In this document: positions 9,624 through 19,813 of the stretch, piece by piece
Layout of the letters: the number at the start of each line of letters is the position of its first letter
Position numbering within the stretch: the stretch's first letter is position 1
From: an uncultured virus (IMG/VR IMGVR_UViG_3300023687_000086)
Taxonomy: Duplodnaviria; Heunggongvirae; Uroviricota; Caudoviricetes
Strand: one strand, 5' to 3'
IMG/VR virus record: IMGVR_UViG_3300023687_000086
Length of the DNA stretch: 64,000 nt
The notes under the pieces: generated by a model
Databases searched by the model: none
Seen by the model: the letters and a program-made list of their open reading frames with translations, nothing else
Told to the model about the DNA's origin: nothing
Translations under genes and position numbers: made by a program

Positions 9624-10136
9624 CTAATAATCCATTTCGGCAATATCAAGATCGTCAAAATCCGATTCAATTGTATTCGCAGCATCTAAGCTCATTCCAT
9701 ACTGATCAAACCCACTAACGGGCTCAAGTTCGTCACTCAATGACAATTGCGATAGCGGCACACCAGCAACAACCTGATTATTCGCATCAAGTTCCTGGCC
9801 GGATAATTCGTGCTGATACTGTGGACTCATTTCTGGTGTCAACAGTTTGTCGCCATATAACATACGCGCTTCTTCTTGCGTGTACTGAATCTCGATCGCT
9901 GCCACGGAAGACGTTGAAATCACATTTCCATTCGGGCCAGATGGATCGACAATTAGCAAACTACTTCCTTCTTTATAATCCTCAAGGTTACCTTGCAGCT
10001 TACCAACATATCCGTTCATCTGCATTGGCTGCCCAGTCTTAGCATGAAACATAAGGCCGCCTTCTCTTGTTACGTCCTTTGTTTTAGCGTCGACGGAATA
10101 CTTTGTACCGGTTTGCGTGATAAACACTTTCTTCAT
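9624..10136 (-). CDS. Hypothetical protein with acidic tail
   Basis: 170 aa ORF, RBS GGAGG, promoter motif at 10190. Confidence 0.7.
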   Translation of the reverse strand: MKKVFITQTGTKYSVDAKTKDVTREGGLMFHAKTGQPMQMNGYVGKLQGNLEDYKEGSSLLIVDPSGPNGNVISTSSVAAIEIQYTQEEARMLYGDKLLTPEMSPQYQHELSGQELDANNQVVAGVPLSQLSLSDELEPVSGFDQYGMSLDAANTIESDFDDLDIAEMDY

Positions 10137-10278
10137 TTCACTATACCTCCATATTAACGTTTAGTATTAGTCGCATCACAACCTTCACATTAAATATGGG
10201 TAATTATTTTAAATCGCAAAAAAAAACGCACCCACAGTCCGTAGGTGCGCCAGTAATCTTATAACTTATACTCTAAAC

Positions 10279-10425
10279 GTGAACTACTCGGCAACAAGTC
10301 ACCGAGCTTCTTGCTTCAACCACCACTGCTAAGTGCACGTAACCGTGCTGGCTAGTCTTACACAGTGTCCACAAGCGTATAAGTTCGGACAGTTCCTGCC
10401 CTACTATAAGTATTTGCTGAATGAT
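10279..10425 (-). ncRNA. Probable TnpB omegaRNA (reRNA) scaffold
   Basis: Non-coding interval between the tnpB stop and the right end; position inferred from known IS200/IS605 biology. Confidence 0.55.
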
Positions 10426-11550
10426 TTAGGCTGCCTCTAGCAGTCTGAGTCCTTCATTTTTTATATTGATAGCTGCATTGTAATCTCTATCTAACTTTAG
10501 ACCGCAATCGCATTTATATATTCTATCAGCAAGAGCAAGCTTTTTCTGACTTCCACAGCAGCTGCATAGCTGTGAGGAAGGATACCATTTATCCACCTTT
10601 ATAAAGTATTTTCCTCTATCAGAAAGTTTGTACTCTAACATATTTAGAAATAATCCATAGCCGTTATCCATAGTGGCTTTGCCATTACCAAAGTCTTTGT
10701 TTGATATAGCCTTCATATCAAGACTTTCTACACATACTACGTCATACTGATTGGCTATCTCAGTAGAGAGCTTGTGTAGATTATCTAATCTTTGATTTGC
10801 GATATGTCTATGGATTTTATTTACCTTCTTTAGCTGTTTGAGATAATTGTTAGATTTAGTCTGATTCTTCTTAGAACCTACTTTACGAGAGAGTCTGCGC
10901 TGTTCTTTAGCAAGTTTCTTGTGTGACTCTCTGTAATACTTATGGTTACTTCCAATATTGCCATTGGAATCCATATACAGGCCATCAGACTTATAATCTA
11001 ATCCAATAACATTAGCAGATTTGGCTACCTGAATAATGTTTTTCTCAAACTCAAATAATACAGAAATATAGAAAGTCCCATCACTTTCCTGAGATACAGT
11101 AGCAGATTTGATTATCCAGTCGGTCTCTGGCTGTCTATGGATAATTGCTTTTACTTTACCTATTTTAGGTAACTTGATGTATTTGCCATCTATGATAGCC
11201 ACTGTACCTTTTTGATTATTGGTAGTGTAAGACTTTCTGGTATGCTTTCTTGACTTGAATTTAGGGAAGCCATTACGCTTTTTACGTTTCTTATCAAAGA
11301 AAGCTTTGTAGGAAGACTGTAAATTGATTTGAACATTGGCAAGAGCCAATGAATCAACTTCCTTTAAGAATGTATAGTCTCTCTTGTATTGTGCAGGTGT
11401 AGTCTGAAGACTTTCGCCTGTAGCTTTGTAATAAGCAATCTTATCTGCGAGCATAAGATTCCAGACTTTACGGCAACAGCCGAAGGTCTGTGCAAACTTA
11501 GAAGCTTGTTCAGTTGTAGGATATACTCGATACTTGATTGCTTTATTCAT
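10426..11550 (-). CDS. tnpB: TnpB RNA-guided endonuclease
   Basis: KAIKYRVYPT HTH start, RuvC motifs IGLDY / VCVESL / DRDYNAAINI, zinc finger SSQLCSCCG. Confidence 0.93.
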   Translation of the reverse strand: MNKAIKYRVYPTTEQASKFAQTFGCCRKVWNLMLADKIAYYKATGESLQTTPAQYKRDYTFLKEVDSLALANVQINLQSSYKAFFDKKRKKRNGFPKFKSRKHTRKSYTTNNQKGTVAIIDGKYIKLPKIGKVKAIIHRQPETDWIIKSATVSQESDGTFYISVLFEFEKNIIQVAKSANVIGLDYKSDGLYMDSNGNIGSNHKYYRESHKKLAKEQRRLSRKVGSKKNQTKSNNYLKQLKKVNKIHRHIANQRLDNLHKLSTEIANQYDVVCVESLDMKAISNKDFGNGKATMDNGYGLFLNMLEYKLSDRGKYFIKVDKWYPSSQLCSCCGSQKKLALADRIYKCDCGLKLDRDYNAAINIKNEGLRLLEAA

Positions 11551-11752
11551 ATATTTATTATAACAAACATTTGTTTGATTTTCAATCAAACACGGGCTTT
11601 AATCTCGGATACAAGTAACCGAGAATTCCTGCCAGAATTCTTAAATACGCCACGCGAGATACTATTTCATACTTTTCTTTTGACCTATCAATTATGATGG
11701 GTCGTAGTTCATCTTGATATAATTCCATGACAATATACCTCCTATGTGCACT

Positions 11753-11781
11753 ATTTTACAAAAACTCCTGTAGTTGTGCAA
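11753..11781 (-). promoter_or_regulatory. SigA-type promoter
   Basis: TTGCAC-N17-TAAAAT upstream of RBS AGGAGG and ATG at 11728. Confidence 0.55.
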
Positions 11782-11818
11782 AAGAAAAAGGACCCACCAC
11801 AGGTCCTTTTATCGCTTG

Positions 11819-12082
11819 TTAAATTGTTCTCTGAATGTAACGAGCCCACGCTACCATGATTGTCGGTACACTAATAATGACGACCATTGCAATATCGAAT
11901 AATGATGCGTGCCATCTTAAAAGGCCATACACAAGGAACGTAAGTCCTGCAAAGCCAAGCATATAAATTCCGGCACTAAGAAAGGTACTATCGTGGTCCT
12001 TGAAAAAAGTACCAAATGCAATGACGGAACAAAAAAGTGATAAACCGAACATAAAATAAAGTACAGACATGAACATTTCCAT
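11819..12082 (-). CDS. Small membrane protein
   Basis: Three hydrophobic segments; RBS GAAGGGAG. Confidence 0.7.
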   Translation of the reverse strand: MEMFMSVLYFMFGLSLFCSVIAFGTFFKDHDSTFLSAGIYMLGFAGLTFLVYGLLRWHASLFDIAMVVIISVPTIMVAWARYIQRTI

Positions 12083-12185
12083 TTTGAATTCTCCCTTCAT
12101 GGATAAAAATAATAGTTATGTAATAAATATGGGCTAAAAAACAAATGCAAAAAAAAAGAGACTCAAAAGAGCCTCTTTCTTAATA

Positions 12186-13541
12186 CTAGAATTGTAACAA
12201 GTCTGTCGCTTCCTTTGCCAACGTACTTCTTACGCACGTAGTAGAATCGAACGTAACCTGTGCGCTTAATGGCGAATCAATAAATCGCTGTGCAGCAAAT
12301 ACCAATCCGTTGTTATAACGATCCAAATTGTGCGCGTCAACCTGTCCTGGATCTCCACAAAGGATAACCTTCGTACCCTCACCGGCACGTGTAATGATGT
12401 CACGGATTTGAGATCTCGATGCATTCTGAGTTTCATCAACAATCAGATAAGATCCGGAAATGGAACGACCTCTCATGTACGCCAGCGGGCAGATATCTAC
12501 TTGTTTCGACTCAAACAAGTCATCAATTGCCGTCTGGATTACTTCCTCATCATCCCTCGGTTCTCTATTTCGGAACAGATTCTCCAGGTTATCGTAAAAT
12601 GGGGCTAAGAGTGGCGTCATCTTTTCATTGATATCACCAGGTAAAAAACCAAACTCTGCGTCCGCCATTACATTGTTTCTCGAAATTAACACTCTTCGAT
12701 ACATACTGCTGAACGTGTTATCTAATCCGGCCGCCAAAGATAAGAACGTCTTTGCCGAACCAGGGGCCCCTTTTAAGATTACCAGTGGGATTTCTTCTAC
12801 TGGAGCAGACAATGCGTATAATGCTGCTGTCTGATATGCATTCTTTGGGACAACTCCAAAAACGCCAGCCTCTGGCAACGAGATTGCATAAAGCCGATCC
12901 GCTTTATAAATCGCAACCACCTCGTCTTTATCGTATCGAAAGATGCAAAACTCATTCTCATGGAATTTATGGCCTCTAAAATCAATATGATCCACCGGTA
13001 CACCATTGACTAGGTTCTTTCTTAATTCGTCAAGAAACGTTCTACTAGGTAGCTTGTACTCATAGATTCCAGTATAGCTTTCTGCGTCTTCCGATACATG
13101 GTCGTTCTTGTATTCCTGACAATCATTAAAGTGTGCAGCTGATGCATTGATTCTCATGGAAACATCATTGGTAACTAAAATTACCGGACCCTTGTTCAGT
13201 TCAACTAGGTTCAAAGCAGTTCCGATAATTCGGTTATCTGGTCGGTCCGAAGGGAATGTTGCCGGCAGCAGGTGCACATCATCTTCCACGAGTTGGAAGG
13301 TACCGCCATTTTCGATTTCAGTCTCATTCATTAAGTCGTTATTATCCGCATTCTTGCGGATTCCCTCTAACAAACGAACAACTTCTCTTGCATTATAACC
13401 AAGTTCTCCCTTGGCCGTCTTCTTTGAATCAAGCTCCTGAAGCGTGGTCTGTGTAATTACCACATGATTATCTTCGAATCCAAAAAGAGCACGTGGCTCA
13501 GCTAACAAAATATTGGTATCAAGTACATACGTCTTTTTCAA
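12186..13541 (-). CDS. PIN-PhoH (PhoH2/YlaK-like) ATPase
   Basis: YVLDTNILL PIN start; GAPGSAKT, FGFLPGDINEK, YMRGRS, VDETQN, GDPGQVD. Confidence 0.92.
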   Translation of the reverse strand: MKKTYVLDTNILLAEPRALFGFEDNHVVITQTTLQELDSKKTAKGELGYNAREVVRLLEGIRKNADNNDLMNETEIENGGTFQLVEDDVHLLPATFPSDRPDNRIIGTALNLVELNKGPVILVTNDVSMRINASAAHFNDCQEYKNDHVSEDAESYTGIYEYKLPSRTFLDELRKNLVNGVPVDHIDFRGHKFHENEFCIFRYDKDEVVAIYKADRLYAISLPEAGVFGVVPKNAYQTAALYALSAPVEEIPLVILKGAPGSAKTFLSLAAGLDNTFSSMYRRVLISRNNVMADAEFGFLPGDINEKMTPLLAPFYDNLENLFRNREPRDDEEVIQTAIDDLFESKQVDICPLAYMRGRSISGSYLIVDETQNASRSQIRDIITRAGEGTKVILCGDPGQVDAHNLDRYNNGLVFAAQRFIDSPLSAQVTFDSTTCVRSTLAKEATDLLQF

Positions 13542-13556
13542 TAGTTTATCCTCCTG

Positions 13557-14171
13557 TTAAAGAACTTCTGATAATGTTTCAGCTGTAATGATGTCCGTAA
13601 CGATTCCATGGCTTTTTGCTTCTTCTGGAAGCATGTACCACTCAACACGATATTTACGTTCGTACAAATCATCAGAAATAGTTGTCCTAGACTGAACATA
13701 TTTCTGCGTCATAGCTTCAACCTGGCCCTCAAATTCGATTCGATCTCTGGCCTTTGCGGTTGAATCCATTGCAAACGTTGAACCATCATGCATCAAGAAC
13801 TGTGCGTGCGGCATGGAGTATCGTTTATCTCCGGCCAAAAAGATTAAGAAGCCCATCGATGCACATAATCCCTGGTTCACTGTGTAAACAGGGGTCTGAG
13901 ACGTTAAAATAGCATCAATTAACGCATATCCGTCCGTTACTGTTCCGCCTGGCGAATTGATGTACAAAATAATTGGCTGCCGCTCTGATACCGGTATGTC
14001 TTTATCCATTCGATTAAATCTCAGAATATGAAATACGACGCTCTCAAGAACCAGATCATCAACAACATCATTCAAATACAAGTGCCGGTTATTGATTTCT
14101 TCGATGGTGAACTTATCAAAGTAAGATGCGTTGACTGTAACTTTTGCTTTTTCAAGGTTTAACGATTCCAT
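13557..14171 (-). CDS. clpP: ClpP-family protease subunit
   Basis: LYINSPGG, CASMG (catalytic Ser), LMHD (His); Glu appears at the usual Asp position. Confidence 0.88.
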   Translation of the reverse strand: MESLNLEKAKVTVNASYFDKFTIEEINNRHLYLNDVVDDLVLESVVFHILRFNRMDKDIPVSERQPIILYINSPGGTVTDGYALIDAILTSQTPVYTVNQGLCASMGFLIFLAGDKRYSMPHAQFLMHDGSTFAMDSTAKARDRIEFEGQVEAMTQKYVQSRTTISDDLYERKYRVEWYMLPEEAKSHGIVTDIITAETLSEVL

Positions 14172-14389
14172 TACTTACCACCTTCCTTTCGACCATACAC
14201 AGCAAATGTCACCGGATATGCCATCCCGTTTACCTTGTGTTTGTCCATAAAATGAAAAACAGCCGAGAACTCCTCCTTATTGGACGTTGCAAAAACGAGC
14301 CTGGAATTAGACGCGTCAAGTGCAACCGGAAGTCCGGCTTCTTTTGCTGCTTCAAATAAAGTTTCTAAGGTATTCTTCACTTCAATCAA
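14171..14389 (-). CDS. Hypothetical protein
   Basis: RBS AGGAGG, TTG start, stop overlaps the clpP start. Confidence 0.6.
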   Translation of the reverse strand: MIEVKNTLETLFEAAKEAGLPVALDASNSRLVFATSNKEEFSAVFHFMDKHKVNGMAYPVTFAVYGRKEGGK

Positions 14390-14496
14390 GAATCTACCCT
14401 CCTTTTCTTTGTTTGAATTAAATATGGTTAGTTATTATGAGGACAAAAAAAAAGAGACCCACCACAGGTCTCTTTTCTTCTTGTAGCAAGAAATCG

Positions 14497-15066
14497 CTAG
14501 TTCCAGTTATCCCAGTCACCACGAGAATATGGATCAACGCCACGAACGTGCTGCTCTTGCAACTTAATTTCCCATTCCAAATCAGAAATTTCCTGTTGCT
14601 GGCGCTTAATCACACGTTCCTTATGGTCGACAGCCTTCTTCAAGTCTTTGATTTGGGACATCAATTCTTCACGATCGTCATCGCTCAAATTTTCCTGTCC
14701 ATCAATGTAACCACCGTTTGCGCGAATAGATGGTAACACAGTCTCAAAGACCCACTTCTGGAACTTCATTGCAGAATCCAACTTTGAACCGAATACAAGC
14801 TGCCACATACCAGGTTCGGATACTAAAATGATGTCTCGATAATTTTTACCAGACCACATTTCAGCTAATCGCGTTTCGCGATTATCCTTGTAAATTAGGG
14901 CTTTCTTGTACTCTTTTGATACGTGTTTTTGAATTGCATCGTTTAGGTTTTTATAACCCAAAGCCATCGCAACATCGTTCGCGACAAAGAAATACTCCCC
15001 GTCCACAACAACTACACGTACCTGTCCAAAAGTTTCATTTGCAAATGATTTGATAGTATTTTCCAT
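14497..15066 (-). CDS. BRO-N domain antirepressor-like protein
   Basis: FGQVRVV...FVANDVAMALGY...KFQKWVFETVLPSIRANGGY. Confidence 0.88.
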   Translation of the reverse strand: MENTIKSFANETFGQVRVVVVDGEYFFVANDVAMALGYKNLNDAIQKHVSKEYKKALIYKDNRETRLAEMWSGKNYRDIILVSEPGMWQLVFGSKLDSAMKFQKWVFETVLPSIRANGGYIDGQENLSDDDREELMSQIKDLKKAVDHKERVIKRQQQEISDLEWEIKLQEQHVRGVDPYSRGDWDNWN

Positions 15067-15185
15067 AATAGAGATCTCCTTTCGTATTTGAAAAATGAAT
15101 AATACTATGTATATAAATATGTGAAAAATTAATAGCTCATAAAAAAAAACGCCCGACTAATGTCGCGCGCAATTCTTCGTCCTAT

Positions 15186-15557
15186 TTATGCTTTAGCATC
15201 TACATGGAGCCCAAGCCGTTCCTTGTAATATCGTTTCCTTATTTCGTTCAATCTTTGATGTTCCATAGATTCGAATATTTCTTTCGCAAGAGCACACACC
15301 TCGTCGAAATCCAAATCTTCGAACCACTCGGTTCCTTCAACACGATTCTTCGCGTAGTGCGTATGAAGTGCCCGTTCTATAGAATATAGGTATGTATATG
15401 GCGACACCCAGGAACGAACAATCTTGTGACCGCCGCCGTTGGATCCGCCAAGTGACGCGAATCTAGAATCTACGTCACCCGAAACGCCAATCTTTATAAA
15501 CCCACCGTCATTTTCAATAATATAAATCTGTACTAATTTTCCGTCATTCTTTCCCAT
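15186..15557 (-). CDS. GIY-YIG / T5orf172-like nuclease
   Basis: IYII...IKIGVS...R...ERALH...GTEWF; probably leaderless. Confidence 0.75.
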   Translation of the reverse strand: MGKNDGKLVQIYIIENDGGFIKIGVSGDVDSRFASLGGSNGGGHKIVRSWVSPYTYLYSIERALHTHYAKNRVEGTEWFEDLDFDEVCALAKEIFESMEHQRLNEIRKRYYKERLGLHVDAKA

Positions 15558-15632
15558 ATACATAAATATGAGCCGTATTTTTGGAAACATAAAAAAAGAA
15601 AGCCTCCACATAGGAAGCTCTCTTTATAATTG

Positions 15633-18600
15633 TTACTGTACCAAGATATTTACACCAGCATCTTCTAATACAGGAATCACTTCTTTGGATACATTAAACG
15701 CACCATCTCGAAGTTCACCCATACAGTTTGCCAGGCAAAACTTGATTCCACCGAACTTTACACGATAATTCGGAAGCTCTGGAATAATAACCCTTTCAAG
15801 TAACTCCAGGTTATTCGCGTCAATCAATAACAGTTCGTTATTTTTCTCAGCTGCAGATACAGACCAAACTTCAATCTGTGGTTCTCCGTCCTGGTTCTCA
15901 GACATGCGGCCGGATAATTCCACAACCATATTGTCTTCAATTTCCAGGCCCAGCTTTGCAAAAGTCTTAGGGAAAAGCACACAATCAATCTCGCTTGAAT
16001 CTTTGTCGATCAGTTTAAGGAATGCCATGTCGTCGCCGTTTTTTGTTTGAATCTTACGATAATCAAACACGATTCCGATAGTAGTGATCTTATCACCTTC
16101 CTTAACGTCTGCAATGACCTTGTACTTTGGATCGGATAAATCGAAATCATCCAGTGGACTCTTTCCAATAAACATTCCAAGATACTTAAGCTCATATGCA
16201 CACTTCTCGCGATTAGACAATTCGAAACAAGACGGCATCTTAACGGATGATAATACTTCTTCCGCGTTTGTAAGCTTTGTCTGCCAACCCTTTAACTGGC
16301 GTTCTTTCGCGGTGTATTCCTTTTCAGTTAACTCACCGGAAGCAAGCAAAGACTGCAATTCTTCGACATTTGCCTCCGCTTTATTTTTTGACTCCAACGC
16401 TGCAAGACGGTCCTTAGTATACTGGTTTGCAATATCACGATTCTTAACGAACTCATCACACGCTCCAGATAAAATAACAGCCTCCATAGAGTTTGCCTTG
16501 ATATCGCATCTGGTAATAAAATCGTCAAGGGATGTGTACGCCTTGGTACCTCTAGCGGCAACGATTTTCTCGCCCTCTGCTTTAAGGCCCTTAATAGCGG
16601 ACAAACCAATTCGAACTTTTCCTTTTGCTTCTACAGAGTACTCAACAATCGAGTTGTTTACGGAAACCGGTAATACTTCGATACCGTAATTCTTACACTC
16701 ATTTAAGAACTGTAAGGTTTTCTCACCCTGCTCTAACATTGCGCAGCATAAATATTCTTCCGGATAATAAAGCTTTAACCAAGCGGTAATGTAGGATACA
16801 AGTGAATATGCCGCAGCATGTGACTTGTTAAATCCGTACTTCGCGAATGGCATCAGCTGTTCGAACAACCACTCAGCGTCTTCAGCCTTAGCTCCGATTG
16901 TTTTTACGCAACCTTCAATGAACATAGGCTTTTCAGCTGCAAGCTTGTCTTCCTTCTTCTTACTCATGAAACGACGTACATTATCAGCGTGACCAAGATC
17001 GAATCCGGCACAAACAGTCATGATCTTCATTACCTGCTCCTGGTATACCGGGAATCCATAAGTCTCTTCCAAAACGTCCTCTAATACAGGGAATCGTTTT
17101 ACAATTTCACTCTTCTTACCGGTACGTTTGCATTCACAGATATCATCGATAAACTGCATTGGGCCCGGACGATAAACAGATACGGCTAAAACAAGGTCAC
17201 CGAAACGCGTCGGATTCAACTGCTTTAACATACCCTTCATACCATCAGACTCGAACTGGAATACAAAGTTCGTAAGTGCGGCTGCGTAAATCTCACGATA
17301 AACCCGTGCATCATCTACGCTCAGCCCATACATATCAATGTATTTACCATAACGCTTTTCGATCAACTTCTGACAAGCTGAAATAACGTTCAAGTTTTTC
17401 AGGCCAAGAAAATCGAACTTGATAAATCCAAGATGTGCTTCGGCCGCAATCATATCAGCCTGAATTGTCATCTTCTCATCACCATTTTCATCAGATGCCA
17501 TCATAAGAGGAACGTAATCTTCTACGTCGCTATCCATGATTGAAATAACACCTGCTGCATGCTGACCGTATGATTTGATTGTACCTTCCAGACGCTTAGA
17601 TGCGTCCCATACAGCCATTGCATCTTCATTGCCAGCGTATTTGGAGTTTACCATTTCCTCAATTTCGGACAAATGCTTGGAATCACCAACCATGCTTCTC
17701 ATATCGGCTCCGATGCCGTTGAATGTTTTCTTATCAAGCCCAAGAGACATTGCATAAAGCTTTGGTCCATACGTAAGAGCATCCTTTGGTCCCATTTTAG
17801 CCATGGTCATAATACCAGCAACTTTCTTGGCGCCATAGAACTCTGTTACGTACTTAATTGCATATGCACGAGCAGCTTTACTGAAATCTGTATCGATATC
17901 CGGCATAGACACTCTACTTGGGTTCAAGAAACGCTCAAACAACAGATTCAAGCTAATTGGTTCCAGTTCTGTGATTGTAGTTAAGTAACACACAATAGAG
18001 CCGGCTCCTGATCCACGACCAGGTCCAATTGGAGTTCCATACAGGTGCTTACACTTACAGATAACATCCGCAATGTATAAGAAGTATGAAGAAAAGCCCA
18101 TCTGAGAGATAACGCTCATCTCGTACTCAAATCTCGCCTGCAAATCTGGAGTCCAATTTTTGCCGTATCGATTCTGAATACCGCCACGCGCGGTTCTAAT
18201 TTCGATTGTTCGGCCATCCTCAAGCTCCGCAACTACAACACCGGTCTTAGCGAGTTTCTCTAAGGATTCGTCTGCATGTTTAAAGCTTGGATAATGCTTA
18301 CCAAAAGCGCAGATATCGGAAAATTCAATACGGTCAACCATTTCGCCGGTATTTACGATTGCTTCATAGGCATCCTCTTCTGGGATTACATTGCAAAGCA
18401 TCTCGTACTTTTCTTCAGCTGTTTTGATGTACAGCTCTCGGTCACTTTCTTCCAGTGGACGATACTTGCCCTTAGCACTAGATACCTGATCAATGTTACG
18501 AACGTATTCGCGACTCTTGAAGTCCTCTGGACGGGCCATATGAACGTCGTTCGTTGCAATTGTCTTAATACCAAGTTCCTTCGCAAGTGCTGCAAGCTTT

Positions 18601-19634
18601 GGCATTACATACGCTTCATCTTCCCATCCGTGATACATAAGCTCCATGTAGAAATTGTCACGTCCAAAAATATCAACATATCTTTGAACTTCTGCTTTCG
18701 CATTTTCCCACATTTCTTCGTCTGTACGCTTCTGGGATTCTAATGTACGAATCAGCTCTTCATTTGCTTCGATTGTCTGTACTGACGCCTTCTTACTTGT
18801 CAGATACTTCTTATCGTCGCTAATGGAATCCTTTAGTGCCTTTTTTTGTCCCTTCAACTCTTTGATACGCTCTTTCGCTTCCTTGGTTCGAATCATCTCG
18901 ACATCCAATTCTTCCTGCAAACGTTCTTTTGTTGTCGGATCTTTTTCGGCCTTTACGAGCTTCTTAGCTTCGGTAAAAGATTTCTTTGAAACCGGAGTAA
19001 GATCCTCGATTTCGGTCTCAATGGACACAATCTTTGCTTCCACTTCGGTAACATGAGCCTTTGCTCTACCATATTCCTCTCCAAGTAACTCGGTAGAACG
19101 ATCGATTCGTCTTTGTACCTTGTCAATTTCTTTTTGAATCTTATGGTTGTACAGTAATTCGTATGCAATTGGGCCACCGATACATGCGGTAGAACAAATA
19201 ACACCGTCCTTACCAGCAAAATGCTTCTGCAGCATTTCCATAGTGCCAACCGGATAGTTCTTACTATCTCTGTTTCGCTCCGTATCAGATATAAAGCGAC
19301 AGAAATCCTGGTATCCTTTATTGGTTCTAGCTAATAAGATCAGGTGCTGACGAACCACCTTTTCTGCATCTTCAGCTCCGTAAAGATTCTGCTCCTTACC
19401 AATATATGCTTCAACACCAAACAAAAGTCGAATATCCAATGGATGTTCGTTTAAGTAGTGCCAAGCATGAACCAAATCTGCAGCATTTCCATGATTCGTA
19501 ATTGCAATTGCTCGCAATCCACGCTCCTTTGCTACGTTCAAAGCCTGTTCAAAGCTTTGCGCACCATCAGATAATGATGCGTTTGTGTGCAGATGCGTCT
19601 CAACCTGCATCTCCTTTGTGAATTTTCTTTCCAT
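15633..19634 (-). CDS. dnaE: DNA polymerase III alpha subunit
   Basis: HLHTNASLSDG PHP domain, GPGRGSGAGS, FERFLNPSRVSMPDIDTDF, YGFNKSHAAAY, C-terminal OB fold. Confidence 0.96.
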   Translation of the reverse strand: MERKFTKEMQVETHLHTNASLSDGAQSFEQALNVAKERGLRAIAITNHGNAADLVHAWHYLNEHPLDIRLLFGVEAYIGKEQNLYGAEDAEKVVRQHLILLARTNKGYQDFCRFISDTERNRDSKNYPVGTMEMLQKHFAGKDGVICSTACIGGPIAYELLYNHKIQKEIDKVQRRIDRSTELLGEEYGRAKAHVTEVEAKIVSIETEIEDLTPVSKKSFTEAKKLVKAEKDPTTKERLQEELDVEMIRTKEAKERIKELKGQKKALKDSISDDKKYLTSKKASVQTIEANEELIRTLESQKRTDEEMWENAKAEVQRYVDIFGRDNFYMELMYHGWEDEAYVMPKLAALAKELGIKTIATNDVHMARPEDFKSREYVRNIDQVSSAKGKYRPLEESDRELYIKTAEEKYEMLCNVIPEEDAYEAIVNTGEMVDRIEFSDICAFGKHYPSFKHADESLEKLAKTGVVVAELEDGRTIEIRTARGGIQNRYGKNWTPDLQARFEYEMSVISQMGFSSYFLYIADVICKCKHLYGTPIGPGRGSGAGSIVCYLTTITELEPISLNLLFERFLNPSRVSMPDIDTDFSKAARAYAIKYVTEFYGAKKVAGIMTMAKMGPKDALTYGPKLYAMSLGLDKKTFNGIGADMRSMVGDSKHLSEIEEMVNSKYAGNEDAMAVWDASKRLEGTIKSYGQHAAGVISIMDSDVEDYVPLMMASDENGDEKMTIQADMIAAEAHLGFIKFDFLGLKNLNVISACQKLIEKRYGKYIDMYGLSVDDARVYREIYAAALTNFVFQFESDGMKGMLKQLNPTRFGDLVLAVSVYRPGPMQFIDDICECKRTGKKSEIVKRFPVLEDVLEETYGFPVYQEQVMKIMTVCAGFDLGHADNVRRFMSKKKEDKLAAEKPMFIEGCVKTIGAKAEDAEWLFEQLMPFAKYGFNKSHAAAYSLVSYITAWLKLYYPEEYLCCAMLEQGEKTLQFLNECKNYGIEVLPVSVNNSIVEYSVEAKGKVRIGLSAIKGLKAEGEKIVAARGTKAYTSLDDFITRCDIKANSMEAVILSGACDEFVKNRDIANQYTKDRLAALESKNKAEANVEELQSLLASGELTEKEYTAKERQLKGWQTKLTNAEEVLSSVKMPSCFELSNREKCAYELKYLGMFIGKSPLDDFDLSDPKYKVIADVKEGDKITTIGIVFDYRKIQTKNGDDMAFLKLIDKDSSEIDCVLFPKTFAKLGLEIEDNMVVELSGRMSENQDGEPQIEVWSVSAAEKNNELLLIDANNLELLERVIIPELPNYRVKFGGIKFCLANCMGELRDGAFNVSKEVIPVLEDAGVNILVQ

Positions 19635-19813
19635 TTCTATTCTCCTTTCATTTGTTATGGAAATTTATATTACGGTCTTAAATATGAGATAAAAACGGAG
19701 GGACAAAAAAAAGCGACCGGTATCAAAAGATACCAAGTCGCCTTTACTAATATGATTACTGACGAATAAGAGTAATACCAGCCTTTGTGGTCTGATATAC
19801 AAATGATTATGTT

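Larger units (their letters stand above)
10279..11640 (-). mobile_element. IS200/IS605-family (IS1341-like, tnpB only) element
   Basis: Matching subterminal hairpins CTCGG-N10-CCGAG at both ends; right end TAGTTCAC; TTTAA immediately 5' of the inferred left end. Confidence 0.8.

Noticed and set aside
18720..19150. Intein in DnaE
   Set aside because: No Cys/Ser start block, His-Asn end or LAGLIDADG motif; the sequence is coiled-coil-like
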